From Nanobdellota archaeon (GTDB lineage Archaea; Nanobdellota; Nanobdellia; Pacearchaeales; JAHJTO01), in NCBI GenBank assembly GCA_042572295.1, contig JBHPFA010000003.1, forward strand, positions 45,802 to 109,801: a DNA stretch of 64,000 bases. Reading direction: 5' to 3'. The notes below the pieces were generated by a model. That model was not told the origin of the DNA, ran no database searches, and was given only the letters and a program-made list of their open reading frames with translations. Made by a program: the position numbers and the translations under genes. Below, piece after piece: positions 12,001-18,122 of this stretch (position 1 is its first letter; every line of letters begins with the position of its first letter).

Positions 12001-12799
12001 TATAGTTATACAAGTACCCTTCTTCATCCAACAATTCAATGGAGTAATTACCTTCTCCGAATCCAGGGTCATAAGCATCTATTGTGAAATTATATTCTTG
12101 TCCAGGTTGTATGTCTCTCAATTTCTTCCATCTCCCAAAACACTCTTGATTTGTAAAATTCCAATCTGTACATTTATACAAACTATCCCCACTAGCCTGA
12201 ACAGTTACTGTAGCATTATCAAATTCTAATTCACTAGGATCAATTGCATAGATTTTTTCAAAGCTTTCATCTGAAGCTACAGAATCAATTCCAAGAGCAA
12301 CATTATTCCCAACTTTCCTCAAGTTATAAAAAGTTATTTTTGAAACTGGTCCAGAACCAGGAGTTAAAATAACTCCCCCATCTATATCTTCAACTTCAGC
12401 AGAAATAAGATTCCCACTACTGTCTTTAATACTCAAATATTGAGCTAAAGCTTTTACTACTTCTTTCAAGTCTATTATAGTTTTTTGCAAGGATTCTACT
12501 TGTTCAATAGTATTTATTGCCCCAGCGTCTTCAGAATTCGCGACTGCATCTCCAGTTCCAAATTTTCCAGATAATTCAAAAGAAGAGTTAGTTGAAAAAA
12601 GAAAGACAATAGCAAGCAGACCAAACAATATAATCCCCAACATCATATAACTGATCAACTTATTATTCTCTATTCCTTTTCCAACTGAACCCCCCTTTAA
12701 TTTAATTCTGTTATAGGCACGAGATCCCCAGTTAAGACTACTCAAACCAGAAGTCAAATCAAGGTATCCTCCAATCTCTTTTTTTACTTTACTACCCAT
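1..12799 (-). CDS. Giant secreted/surface protein, >4266 aa, 3'-truncated by window edge (Cys-Trp repeats, jelly-roll/lectin-like modules, many ~80-aa Ig-like repeats)
   Basis: ATG at 12799 preceded by SD-like GGGGTGA. Translates MGSKVKKEIGGYLDL...YMMLGIILFGLLAIVFLFS (TM/signal). The same frame is open at the window edge (...SVTFNIDTI). Absent from the ORF track, consistent with no in-frame stop inside the window. About 11 Ig-like repeats with W-F-x-N-G-T-x-N-E-T-Y. Alternative start at the MM codons near 12647. Confidence 0.9.
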   Translation of the reverse strand, partial: MGSKVKKEIGGYLDLTSGLSSLNWGSRAYNRIKLKGGSVGKGIENNKLISYMMLGIILFGLLAIVFLFSTNSSFELSGKFGTGDAVANSEDAGAINTIEQVESLQKTIIDLKEVVKALAQYLSIKDSSGNLISAEVEDIDGGVILTPGSGPVSKITFYNLRKVGNNVALGIDSVASDESFEKIYAIDPSELEFDNATVTVQASGDSLYKCTDWNFTNQECFGRWKKLRDIQPGQEYNFTIDAYDPGFGEGNYSIELLDEEGYLYNYTESIANHVGNTEDVELNISDPLLPIEVMDFHGRDTTSNITEVIAIYGSTDTNDTRVQEVIEINAQNISFDDFHFKKTASGKHLLECGNWSDTTNTCIGKNWTKVKDVVKDSQYEYISDRKKVTYAETANSLAVFNKNFKLIEYNQNITDEDAEVSDVEYEFLGFKINKLKFFSYNKSGNRHDLIVEHNFNVRSPSGGFASVFSVDPENITFDYAELNATAQGNYLFKCIEWNASTQECYGDWKRVRELTPGESYTVNLTAVDPGYLETNNSIVLIDNNDTLLEYNETILSNSSGLENVKLQIFNSSISEIIIYGHNSSAGQDELKIKDNLTIEGYVNPYSIDPTNLAFVNATVTTTASSGNLLMKCVDWNFTTQECYGDWRPLAGITAGESYNIKIDSIDPGFAETNGSIFEGFESYSSGFDLNESDDWETSSLGWEAVTSSPYVGAYSAVYTGNSGLEEYANFLINGSGYSAVNVSFYIKTAALDGGEYMRVEWYDGSTWQNLTNNTSPTDYTYYNYSFTENDEEDLRLRFVCISNLPNEHCYIDNIFVNGLDLASTISLVAPADGYVEIDSQYVDFVYNVTSEIPNITSCTLNIVGEDESSGNFTITNTTISKDVNQSFTANFTVNDLYYWNISCINDANSSSISETRNMTMNVAGLLAPLSTTMQSYWWLSSSDGTIGNENASYDTATVGDTLHLRAGVGAAGLAWKNQELEIYYSLTGAFAGEEIQVTATSENVSFWDDLDHVDQTLITASGTTVLTGTTTTEHYIESFPSATLVQVAAGNQGEWDFALNFSQSGTYYLQVQDTIAPLDTYNVVPQITVQEPNDPPVVTLVSPANDTTDTDGDLTFRCNVTEDTELSNLTLYVWNSTGEYYSNLTSVSGLFNESEWNLTSVPNGNYTWNCLAYDNVNQADWADSNWTLQLAFIPPRVEITVNEVYGLDSAQVRVDSFNSSNLEEIEFMVINATLNAYGAVGNISDWYLNFTAGGTSSCSLGNKQSSICYNYSNTVNKWIQFINGTETATYDGTSGNAGDRITVVQSGSNTSINLLITIDEHYNPNVFKWYDALYNFSDVKWQNGTDQVITNDNFLKISVNQSMVPLDADQYKLDFRVNYSASPNEPTSPLQAYACNSSYITGDPDVFTGCVLITEKLPAQLQDDGTKFRGVLTGYQISQFGDVKYIILKTDEIVESRNYQIKTYKATAGGYTTHWEYSNDSASTWNNLADGYETELNINWFYNGADPTAFMYSLWTNATGGNENSTEGNVTWAITVQNYPPIVDIISPGNNETFKQPYNITFSVGDDNNVNSTLYLYQNGSFVSVLVSDMNQSNSSFYWSEEVNSGAYELLLDVCELGTSDLFCTNTTHTIVLDNTGPTVTIVNPKNKTYNVVSVLFDLETINDAQSCWYSFNSGANTSIDCDGAINLTANEGGNTLFAYANDTLGNIEESSIVFSVNTSQILDISVLSPAYGAIINDPTPSITLLAFDQLYSSINYTTYIYYGNGTLYAIGNNGTLSNGTQETFALSPALTLEGNSTNYSLVVEAIDEGLNYVNSSVISLTLTTPILDLLSPADGYYDSDGDINFTFSYLSELFPTANCSLYLNSVYNQSNETTLNNVNTTFEVTGISEGINQNWSVICLMGELSAQDTLTFSVDKTFPEVSFVSPLNQTYNTSTILVNLSATDSLGSVSTIWFFNGTGNETYTVPVNRTFAEGSNTIYAYVNDTAGNFNSTSVTFYVGDTTPPSVILLHPWGFSHPGHYHDDGKEVDITVNVTDFSGVDTILANVTLPDLTSVIVSEFGYGLTSDNFETDTEGTNWVLTNITGTGQTCYADVSNDVPGKMIISLDAGAVQTEAHCGYNSIKRMVGNFDVNVSFNITTLGEDGIFSFRSNSVDNTQFVGLRFFVDVQKISGVTNYVFGFNNGSSTYQQTVPTIDTTGKLRFKRFNMTTTGTPTINLYYWNNTGSGWVESNFGDIPIPGSTRTQFMQLLTYSIGAGFGSVNVTFDDFQISGDNFTYALFNQTGEVGNYSVRIIANDTLGYVNDTESALFEIEEVNDVPSRPFISEPDAGNIISGLTNISWIQIVDDENDNVRFNITLLYPNGTDYAEIVSNYGDINTTYYEWDSSTQADGVYGIQITVFENESVERLSATETLDGNFTIDNNAPQVIVIYPLNHTIAQNHEVSFILNSTDISPLSYTEANITSPNGTSYITNGFSKVLQNDEFDNNTLGTNWEFRNDSVASGQNCYADINNTVGGKAFLQIGGVDVVSSTSCGLSSLKKTYGDYDMNITFNITHFGEDTYLVLRSNNEESLLSAGVRIFANIHKKIGGDLEYVFGAVNGSGLVGISLIPTTDTYGKLRIKRTNVSEGTSIYDLYYWNNTNNSWISGISSLVVPDSEVVQHVHVYPESNYGIINVTVDSFLTDGQNFCFGIFNQTSETGQFNVTFFVNDSVGFINDSETTTFNIITSNTVPSQPQIITPATSSLLKGLTNITWNTILDGEGDSVRFNITLLNTNLSLNSTLVTEYGDITSTSYEWDTSNYTDGQYIIRVTVYENETAEGFSSSGTSGSFTVDNTLPLVTIYSPLNQSYANATVLVNLSASDALTGVDTIWFNNGTGNETYTNSVYRTFSEGSNTFYAYANDSAGNENSSLVTFAVDTTAPSIAIVSPANSSYNNATILVNLTSNGEAIWFNNGTANETYTTPAYRTFSEGSTTLYAYANDSVGNENTTSVTFFVDSNAPVVHLISPADNTVTKTASQTFTCNITNVGVTNLTLYLWNATAGIYSNTTDLSGTENETSWQFTLPYDASFEWNCLGADIGGLFSWSEEGNYSIELDTVDPSVQFVAPTTESGAYVQDYILANVTASDDNLESIDVYFYNSSGLISLNSSLTSPFYLNFSGLPDETYNLQALANDNATNSDSTETRTIYLDHVNPLVVINSPENTTYNNATVLVNLTGSDAVSGVDTIWFYNGTDNETYTDPVYRIFSLGNNTLTAYVNDSAGNENMTVVDFVVTVAFPTITLNSPWNNSVDVDGNVTFNCSATDTNLEKIDFYFGELLNQSQNVSGAENNSIFYINELSNGQYNWSCTSHNTVGSSNSSDTYFLTVNITADPVYNESYFVGNTTDWESVPDITNVCNGTAVLDNPGTDQIRWLDCVNAEAADFNVNVFLDYNNATVITDGLHSSFNSTATITLRNLTWDAVPLVYMDGVLCPPTVCSNVSYDTGTNTAVFNVSHFTSFVTEGNSELQIWDETDVDMLYANQTRYVGNQTLFFADYTQKGSGTPVTGANCSINFTDSSALMSYNVSKLMYEYNRTFSSNGTFEWNVTCTGAGYNTLTTNDTVFINATVDNTDPNVIVYSPLNQTYNNVTLLVNLSATDIGGSVDTIWFNNGTGNETYTVPVYRDFAEGSNTFYAYANDTSGNENTTAVTFFVDTIFPTVAFISPQNTSYSNATILVNISSDGDNLWFFNGTANETYTVPVYRTFAEGSSTIYAYANDTVGNENSTSVTFSIDTTNPLIEFVDPTPNDGSNLSQLNVAVNATASDSALDTITLKLYNSSLDLINTTTSQTSPLYINFTGLSEGDYSFNATVNDTFGNVNQTETRTVTFDVTEPYVAFISPQNTSYATTELLINISSDGLNTWYFNGSANLTYTAETYQNFTDGSHTIFAYSNDSAGNLNTTSVTFFVDAVAPILTVYSPLNQTYNNATVLINFTADSYTGLWYFNETANVTYTGEVYETVSEGSHTYIFYANDSAANLNSTSVTFSIDTNAPTVTVHSPLNQSYGNRTVFVNITATNGGGVDTIWFFNGTENETYTTPVYRTFAEGSNTLIAYANDTLNNIGTDTVVFNADTTPPTVNIIVPLNQTYSNVTQLVNISSDGDYTWFFNGTENETYTGAVYRTFNESSNTIIAYSNDSFNNVGTDIVVFNIDTSAPSIVINSPINQSYNNATILVNLTSGGDYTWFFNGTANETYTSAVYRTFAEGSSTLIAYTNDSLNNIGTSSVTFNIDTI

Positions 12800-12978
12800 A
12801 AATTCACCCCCGCTTTTTTCATCCTCAAGATCTTACCTTCTATAGTAAGCTCCAGCAAATGCTTCTCAGCAGTATTCCAAGAAACCTCTAATTCTTCAGC
12901 TATTTCGCTAGTAGTAACTACTTTAGTCTTCTCTATTTTCTTCATGATTCCTTTCTTGAAATCAATACTAGCTTTCAC
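12784..12978 (-). CDS. Small winged-helix HTH protein (putative regulator of the downstream giant gene)
   Basis: TTSEIAEELEVSWNTAEKHLLELTIEGKILRMKKAGVNLWVVK fits an HTH plus wing. Start uncertain (TTG 12996, GTG 12981/12978, ATG further in). 3' end overlaps the SD/ATG of the giant gene. Confidence 0.75.
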   Translation of the reverse strand: MKASIDFKKGIMKKIEKTKVVTTSEIAEELEVSWNTAEKHLLELTIEGKILRMKKAGVNLWVVK

Positions 12979-13003
12979 CACTTTTACGCTGAACAATCCT
13001 TAC

Positions 13004-13044
13004 AGTATACCTATGAGTATACATAGGAAAAAGCACTATATAAA
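13004..13044 (-). promoter_or_regulatory. Promoter of wHTH-giant gene operon with palindromic operator candidate
   Basis: Minus-strand TTTATATA starts at 13044, preceded by AACC. Inverted repeat CCTATG-N6-CATAGG at 13010-13027 and direct repeat AGTATAC (13004, 13016) overlap the predicted TSS (~13015). Confidence 0.6.
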
Positions 13045-13140
13045 GGTTACGTTAAACCTAAATAAAACTAGAAAAAACACTCAATTTACACATAAATCCA
13101 TTGAATCTATATAGATATCAATAAGATATCATTAAAGAGC

Positions 13141-14271
13141 TCAAAACAGGAATTGATAAACAATTCCAAATATGAAAATTAGCAAGAAAATAGCAGCTAT
13201 GAGCCAATTCATAGGTATAGAATACGCAGGTTTTACTTCTCCTTTCTTCTTTGCCTGCAAGACCATTAACACTACAAGAATTCCTTCAATTCCCCCAGCA
13301 ACCGCTCCCGTTAGGCCTATAACACCAATAAAAGAACCATTAAATATCAAAAGGAAGATTAGAGGTATTATCCAAGTTAATATCCAAGAAACACCTCTAG
13401 ACAGATTATAATCATAATAAAACATCCATTTCAAAGCATACCCTACTAAAATGAATGAAGTAGCCATTGCAAAGAATGCAAATAAGTTTCCAAATAAAAC
13501 CATATTACCCCCTAACAATTCTCCAAGACCGATTGTCGCCACCTCAGTTGTCGCCGTTCCAGTAACTCCTAAAACAACAAAGGCAAAAAGAGCATACAAA
13601 GAAATAGGAATTAAACTTCCAAGAATAATTGCTTTTTTCAATTTTTTCTTATTCTTCCCAAGTTCTGCTTCCATCTCTGGAATAGCAGAAATTCCTGCAA
13701 AAGCAAAGAGTATTACTCCATAAGGCAAAAATACATTTTTGATATCTCCTCCACCTAAATTAGCAAAATCCATGCTCGGAGCAGCAAGTAAACTGATAAG
13801 AATGATCAAACCTACAACAATCGTAGTCAGCAACAAACCAGATTTTGCAATTATATTTAATCTAAAAAATATTACCCCTGAAAAAACAATAAAAAATATC
13901 CATCCCCACATTATTGGATTTCCTCCAAAAAATGCAGCAAGAACCTCTCCTTCCCCAATAACATAAGCTATCATTGCCCCAAACAATGTAAAGAACGTCG
14001 AGAAAGTTATTGCAATCTTTCCCCATTTTCCAAGATATTTCTCAGCATATCCTGGCAACATATGATCTTTCTTTGTCCTTAAAGCAATCTCTCCAACATA
14101 AAGATTAATCATTAATATGATAAAACCCAAAATAGCTATATTCAATAATCCAAAAAGAAAACCTGATTGTGCAAGAACATAAGGAATTCCTAAAACTCCT
14201 GCTCCAATAATAGTTCCAACTAATAAAGCAACAGTCTCTGGAAAGTGTACTCTCTCCTTACCCCTTTTCAT
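13141..14271 (-). CDS. Amino acid permease (aromatic amino acid/Trp-Tyr permease-like, APC superfamily)
   Basis: GTIIGAGVLGIPY TM1 motif, FAFAGISAIPEM TM6 motif, about 11 hydrophobic segments, 376 aa. Confidence 0.88.
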   Translation of the reverse strand: MKRGKERVHFPETVALLVGTIIGAGVLGIPYVLAQSGFLFGLLNIAILGFIILMINLYVGEIALRTKKDHMLPGYAEKYLGKWGKIAITFSTFFTLFGAMIAYVIGEGEVLAAFFGGNPIMWGWIFFIVFSGVIFFRLNIIAKSGLLLTTIVVGLIILISLLAAPSMDFANLGGGDIKNVFLPYGVILFAFAGISAIPEMEAELGKNKKKLKKAIILGSLIPISLYALFAFVVLGVTGTATTEVATIGLGELLGGNMVLFGNLFAFFAMATSFILVGYALKWMFYYDYNLSRGVSWILTWIIPLIFLLIFNGSFIGVIGLTGAVAGGIEGILVVLMVLQAKKKGEVKPAYSIPMNWLIAAIFLLIFIFGIVYQFLF

Positions 14272-14290
14272 AATATAGGGCAGCGTTAAC

Positions 14291-14300
14291 TCTTTAAATA
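14291..14300. promoter_or_regulatory. TATA box between divergent permease gene and tRNA-Arg
   Basis: TTTAAATA at 14293-14300 begins 29 nt before tRNA G1. Read on the minus strand, TATTTAAA begins 29 nt before the permease ATG at 14271. Confidence 0.65.
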
Positions 14301-14321
14301 ACTTAATATTACCTTAACCAA

Positions 14322-14393
14322 GGGCCTATAGTTTAATGGATAGAATGACCGGTTTCGGCCCGGTTGATCGGGGTTCGAATCCTCGTAGGCCCA
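14322..14393 (+). tRNA. trnR: tRNA-Arg (anticodon TCG), intronless, CCA not encoded
   Basis: Acceptor stem GGGCCTA/TAGGCCC plus discriminator A; D loop with GG; anticodon stem ACCGG/CCGGT with loop TT-TCG-GC; T loop TTCGAAT; 72 nt. Confidence 0.96.
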
Positions 14394-14398
14394 TAAAA

Positions 14399-15223
14399 AT
14401 GAAAAAAGTGATTTTAGATTCTGATATTGGAGACGATATCTGTGATGCTTTAGCATTGATATTTGCATTAAACTCTCCAGAGCTTGACATAAAAGCAATA
14501 ATCTCGAATAATGGCCATGAAAAAGAGCGAGCAAAAATAATCCATAAAATTGTTTCGGCATCTGGAAAAAATATTCCAATTTTCCAAGGAATAAAAGGTG
14601 GAAAAGGAATATTGACAAATCAAAAAGCATTTATCAAAAACTACAAACACGCCCCTAAAAAACTAAAAGACAATCTCTCCTATTTCAAAAAATTAGCAAA
14701 AGAAGAAATAACTTACATCTCCCTAGGAACTCTAACAAACATAGATTATCTCCTCAAAAGAATACCTAAAATGAAAAAGAGCAAATTCTATGTCATGGGG
14801 GGATCAATAAACAAAGATTACCATGGAAAACATAAGAAAATAGCAGAATGGAACTTGCATGCAGATCCAAAACCTGCACAAAATGTTCTAAAAGAAAAAT
14901 TAAAGCTTACTCTTGTGCCTCTTGACGCAACTTGGGATTTAGTTTTATCAAGGAAAGATAATAAAATAATAAAAAACAACAGCTCTCTTGTAGAGCTCTA
15001 CCATCTATGGAAGAAAAGCCATAAACGCCTTCCAATAAGATATGATTCTTTCACTATCGCCTTAGCAATAAAACCCTCTCTTGCAAAGTACAAAAAATAC
15101 AAAATCTCGGTAGACAATAAAGGACACACTCTCTTAGACAACAAAGGAAACTCAATAAAAACTGCAATAAAAGGAGATAAAAAAAGATTCCATAAACTAT
15201 TTATGAGAAGGTTAAACAGATGA
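14399..15223 (+). CDS. Inosine-uridine-preferring nucleoside hydrolase family protein (274 aa)
   Basis: N-terminal VILDSDIGDDICDA, plus SLGTLTNI, VMGGS, AEWNLHADP and VPLDAT motifs. True start is ATG 14399; the ORF-track start at 14336 lies inside the tRNA. Confidence 0.88.
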   Translation: MKKVILDSDIGDDICDALALIFALNSPELDIKAIISNNGHEKERAKIIHKIVSASGKNIPIFQGIKGGKGILTNQKAFIKNYKHAPKKLKDNLSYFKKLAKEEITYISLGTLTNIDYLLKRIPKMKKSKFYVMGGSINKDYHGKHKKIAEWNLHADPKPAQNVLKEKLKLTLVPLDATWDLVLSRKDNKIIKNNSSLVELYHLWKKSHKRLPIRYDSFTIALAIKPSLAKYKKYKISVDNKGHTLLDNKGNSIKTAIKGDKKRFHKLFMRRLNR

Positions 15224-15591
15224 AAATAACAAACATTCAGATTATAACGCAAAAAAGTAAGCATAAATTCGAAGTAGAACTAGCAAAAAACTTCCTACAG
15301 CAAGCAAAAGGCTTGATGTTCAAAAAAAAGCTTGATGAAAACAAAGGCATGCTCTTTGTTTTTAATAAAGAAAGAAAAAGAAGCTTCTGGATGATTAACA
15401 CAACCATTCCACTAGACCTTATTTTCATAGATAAAGACTCAAAAATAGTGGACATTATCAAGAACACAACTCCTCTTTCCATAAATCTTTATTCTTCCCC
15501 GAACCCTGCAAAATATGTCTTGGAAGTCAATTCCAACACTGCAGACAAAATAGGTATAAAAGTAGGAGATTCAGTAATCCATAATATTTAA
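15220..15591 (+). CDS. DUF192 family protein
   Basis: VELA...QAKGLMF, GMLFVF, FWMINTTIPLDLIFID and YVLEVN motifs; ATGA overlap with upstream gene. Confidence 0.88.
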   Translation: MKITNIQIITQKSKHKFEVELAKNFLQQAKGLMFKKKLDENKGMLFVFNKERKRSFWMINTTIPLDLIFIDKDSKIVDIIKNTTPLSINLYSSPNPAKYVLEVNSNTADKIGIKVGDSVIHNI

Positions 15592-15615
15592 AACACCAAA
15601 ACTCTTAAAGAAACA

Positions 15616-17061
15616 ATGGCAAAAGGAGACAAAGGAATAACTGTAAAGAGAGATGAAAACTTTTCTGAGTGGTACAGTCAAGTAGTTCAAAAAGCAGAAT
15701 TAGCTGATTTAAGGTATAATATCAAAGGATTTTTAGTCTTCCAACCATGGTCTGTTCTTTCAATGGAAAAGATGTACAGCCATTTGCAAACAGCATTACA
15801 GAGAAAGGGTCACAAACCTTATTTTTATCCAACATTGATTCCTGAAAGCAACTTAGTAAAGGAAGCTTCACACTTATCTGGATTCACACCAGAAGTTTTC
15901 TGGGTGACACATGGGGGAAATAAGAAATTCGAAGAAAAATACGCTCTTCGCCCAACTTCAGAAACAGCATTCTATCAAATGTTTGCATTATGGTTAAGAT
16001 CTTATAAAGACTTGCCATTCAAGACATACCAAAGAGCAAATGTCTTTAGATATGAGACAAAAGCAACCCGTCCATTCTTAAGAAGCAGAGAATTCCATTG
16101 GATAGAGACACATTGTGCTTTCTCTACTGAAAAAGATGCTTTAAATCAAGTAAAAGAAGATATGGAAACTACAAAAGAAGTCTTACATGACATCTTCGGC
16201 CTTCCATTCATATTCTTTGAAAGACCAGCATGGGATAAATTTCCAGGAGCATCAAGAACTTTTGCTGCAGATGTTCTTAACCCTGATGGAAAATTTGTAC
16301 AGCAACCTTCAACACACATGATTTCACCACAATTTTCAAAAGCATTTGATGTAAAGTTCAAAGACAAAGATGAAAAAGAGAAATTTGCACACCTGACTTG
16401 TTATGGCCCTGCAGTTTCTAGAATATTTGCTAGTGTGATAATAGTTCATGGAGATGACAAAGGATTAAAATTCCCTTGGGAAATAGCACCAATACAAGTA
16501 GTGATAGTTCCAATAAAAGATGATAAAAAACTGTTGAAGAAAGCAGAAGAATTAAGAAAGAATATTCAGAATATAGCAAGTGTTGAAGTAGACACAACAG
16601 AAAAAAGCCCTGGAGAAAAATTCAATCTTTGGGAAATGAAAGGAGTCCCAATAAGAATAGATTTAGGATTCAAAGATTTAGAAAAGAAACAATTAACAGT
16701 GTTCAGAAGAGATTTAGATAAGAAGGAATTCATCAAAGAAAATGATTTAATCAAATATATTGAGAAAGTTGCTAAAGAATCTACAAAAAACCTAATCAAA
16801 AAAGCAGACTCTTTATTCAAAGGAAGAATAAAAGATTCTAAATCTGAAAAAGAGATAAAGAAAGTAATAGAAGCTGGTGGAATAGCACGTTGTGGATTCT
16901 GTTCTGTTGAAAAAGAAGGTACAAAATGTGCAGAAGCTATTGAAAAGAAAACGGGGGCAGAAGTTAGAGGAACAAAATTCCCTAAGGAAAAAGCATCTGG
17001 AAAATGTGCAGTTTGTGGAAAAAAGGCTAATGAAGTTGTCTATATAGGAAAAGCTTACTAA
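15616..17061 (+). CDS. proS: Proline--tRNA ligase, archaeal/eukaryotic type
   Basis: FSEWY, LRPTSET, YQRANVFRYE, PFLRSREFHW, GIPIRI-like GVPIRI anticodon-binding domain, and C-terminal Zn motif (CGFC...C...CAVC...IGKAY). Confidence 0.97.
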   Translation: MAKGDKGITVKRDENFSEWYSQVVQKAELADLRYNIKGFLVFQPWSVLSMEKMYSHLQTALQRKGHKPYFYPTLIPESNLVKEASHLSGFTPEVFWVTHGGNKKFEEKYALRPTSETAFYQMFALWLRSYKDLPFKTYQRANVFRYETKATRPFLRSREFHWIETHCAFSTEKDALNQVKEDMETTKEVLHDIFGLPFIFFERPAWDKFPGASRTFAADVLNPDGKFVQQPSTHMISPQFSKAFDVKFKDKDEKEKFAHLTCYGPAVSRIFASVIIVHGDDKGLKFPWEIAPIQVVIVPIKDDKKLLKKAEELRKNIQNIASVEVDTTEKSPGEKFNLWEMKGVPIRIDLGFKDLEKKQLTVFRRDLDKKEFIKENDLIKYIEKVAKESTKNLIKKADSLFKGRIKDSKSEKEIKKVIEAGGIARCGFCSVEKEGTKCAEAIEKKTGAEVRGTKFPKEKASGKCAVCGKKANEVVYIGKAY

Positions 17062-18080
17062 GCATAACTTTCAATTATTTCTTTAAATTTCTTAAGATCA
17101 TTTAGTTGAATAGAGGCACCACAAGCAGCAGCATGTCCTCCTCCAGTACCTTCAACTTCTTTCAGAGCAGCAGCAACTATCAGCCTCAAGTCTTTCTTTC
17201 CAGAAGTCATAGATATATTCACCTTCTCACCCTTAACAAAAGCGACCATCACTATTTTCTCAGGATTGCGATAAAAAAGTTCATTACACAACTCTCTAGA
17301 AACACTCATCTCTCCACTATACTGAAAAAAGGTTATTTTTCCATGTTTCTCTCCTAAAGCCTTATTCAATAATTTAGAAAAAGTCCTATTGAGCTGTTTA
17401 TACCTTCTCATGATATATTCATATTTCTTTTCTCCAGAAAGAATTTCATAAGGGGTTTCAGCCTCATTCAATAAACGAATCATCCTAACCACATTTGTTG
17501 TAGAATCTTTCATTGCAAATATAAGGATCATCATTAACTTTCCCATATCAGAATCAAATCTTGCCTTTTCCACACTAACACCTTTATTCAATAGACCAGG
17601 ATATTTATCAGAGAACTTTTCAACAAAATCTGGCAAATACCAATCATATAAACACCCTAACAAAGCAATCCACTCATCTCTTTTGACAACTTGCCAACAC
17701 AAATAAGAAACTGGCTCATTTGAAGGTTTTTTCTTATTCATAGGATTATAATAAGAAACTTCTTTAGGATTTTGAGGTTCATGATGGTCTATCCACACAA
17801 CCTCTAAACCATTCTGCTTACAATAATCTATAAATCCTTCAGAAACTAAAGGTTTATCCAAAATAAATATTTTATCAGGATTTAACTCATTAATCTTTCT
17901 TACATAAGTCTCATTCAAATCAGGAAAACTCTTTATAGCCACACCCTTGCCCCTTTTTAAAAATCTCCTCAAAAGCAAAAAACTACACAATCCATCCAAA
18001 TCATTATCAAAAAAGAATAAAGGATTCTGGCTCGATTCTAAATGTTCACGAATCTCTTTTATTTGATTTAAAGTTAACAT
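17058..18080 (-). CDS. DHH/DHHA1 family phosphoesterase (RecJ/NrnA-like)
   Basis: FFDNDLDGLCS, ILDKP, WIDHH and C-terminal GGGHAAACG motifs. Confidence 0.9.
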   Translation of the reverse strand: MLTLNQIKEIREHLESSQNPLFFFDNDLDGLCSFLLLRRFLKRGKGVAIKSFPDLNETYVRKINELNPDKIFILDKPLVSEGFIDYCKQNGLEVVWIDHHEPQNPKEVSYYNPMNKKKPSNEPVSYLCWQVVKRDEWIALLGCLYDWYLPDFVEKFSDKYPGLLNKGVSVEKARFDSDMGKLMMILIFAMKDSTTNVVRMIRLLNEAETPYEILSGEKKYEYIMRRYKQLNRTFSKLLNKALGEKHGKITFFQYSGEMSVSRELCNELFYRNPEKIVMVAFVKGEKVNISMTSGKKDLRLIVAAALKEVEGTGGGHAAACGASIQLNDLKKFKEIIESYA

Positions 18081-18122
18081 TGTGATAAATAGTACATGCT
18101 CTTTTTATATATAGTGTAAGAA

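Noticed and set aside
13100-13132. Imperfect palindrome TTGAATCTATATAGATATCAA and GATATC repeat after the permease stop
   Set aside because: AT-rich and imperfect; plausible by chance or a simple terminator region; no second copy found.
14336-14398. ORF-track N-terminal extension MDRMTGFGP... of the nucleoside hydrolase
   Set aside because: Lies inside tRNA-Arg; the family motif begins right after ATG 14399.
14322-15591. tRNA-Arg as integration site of an island
   Set aside because: No duplicated tRNA 3' end (att) or integrase seen; downstream genes continue into housekeeping proS.
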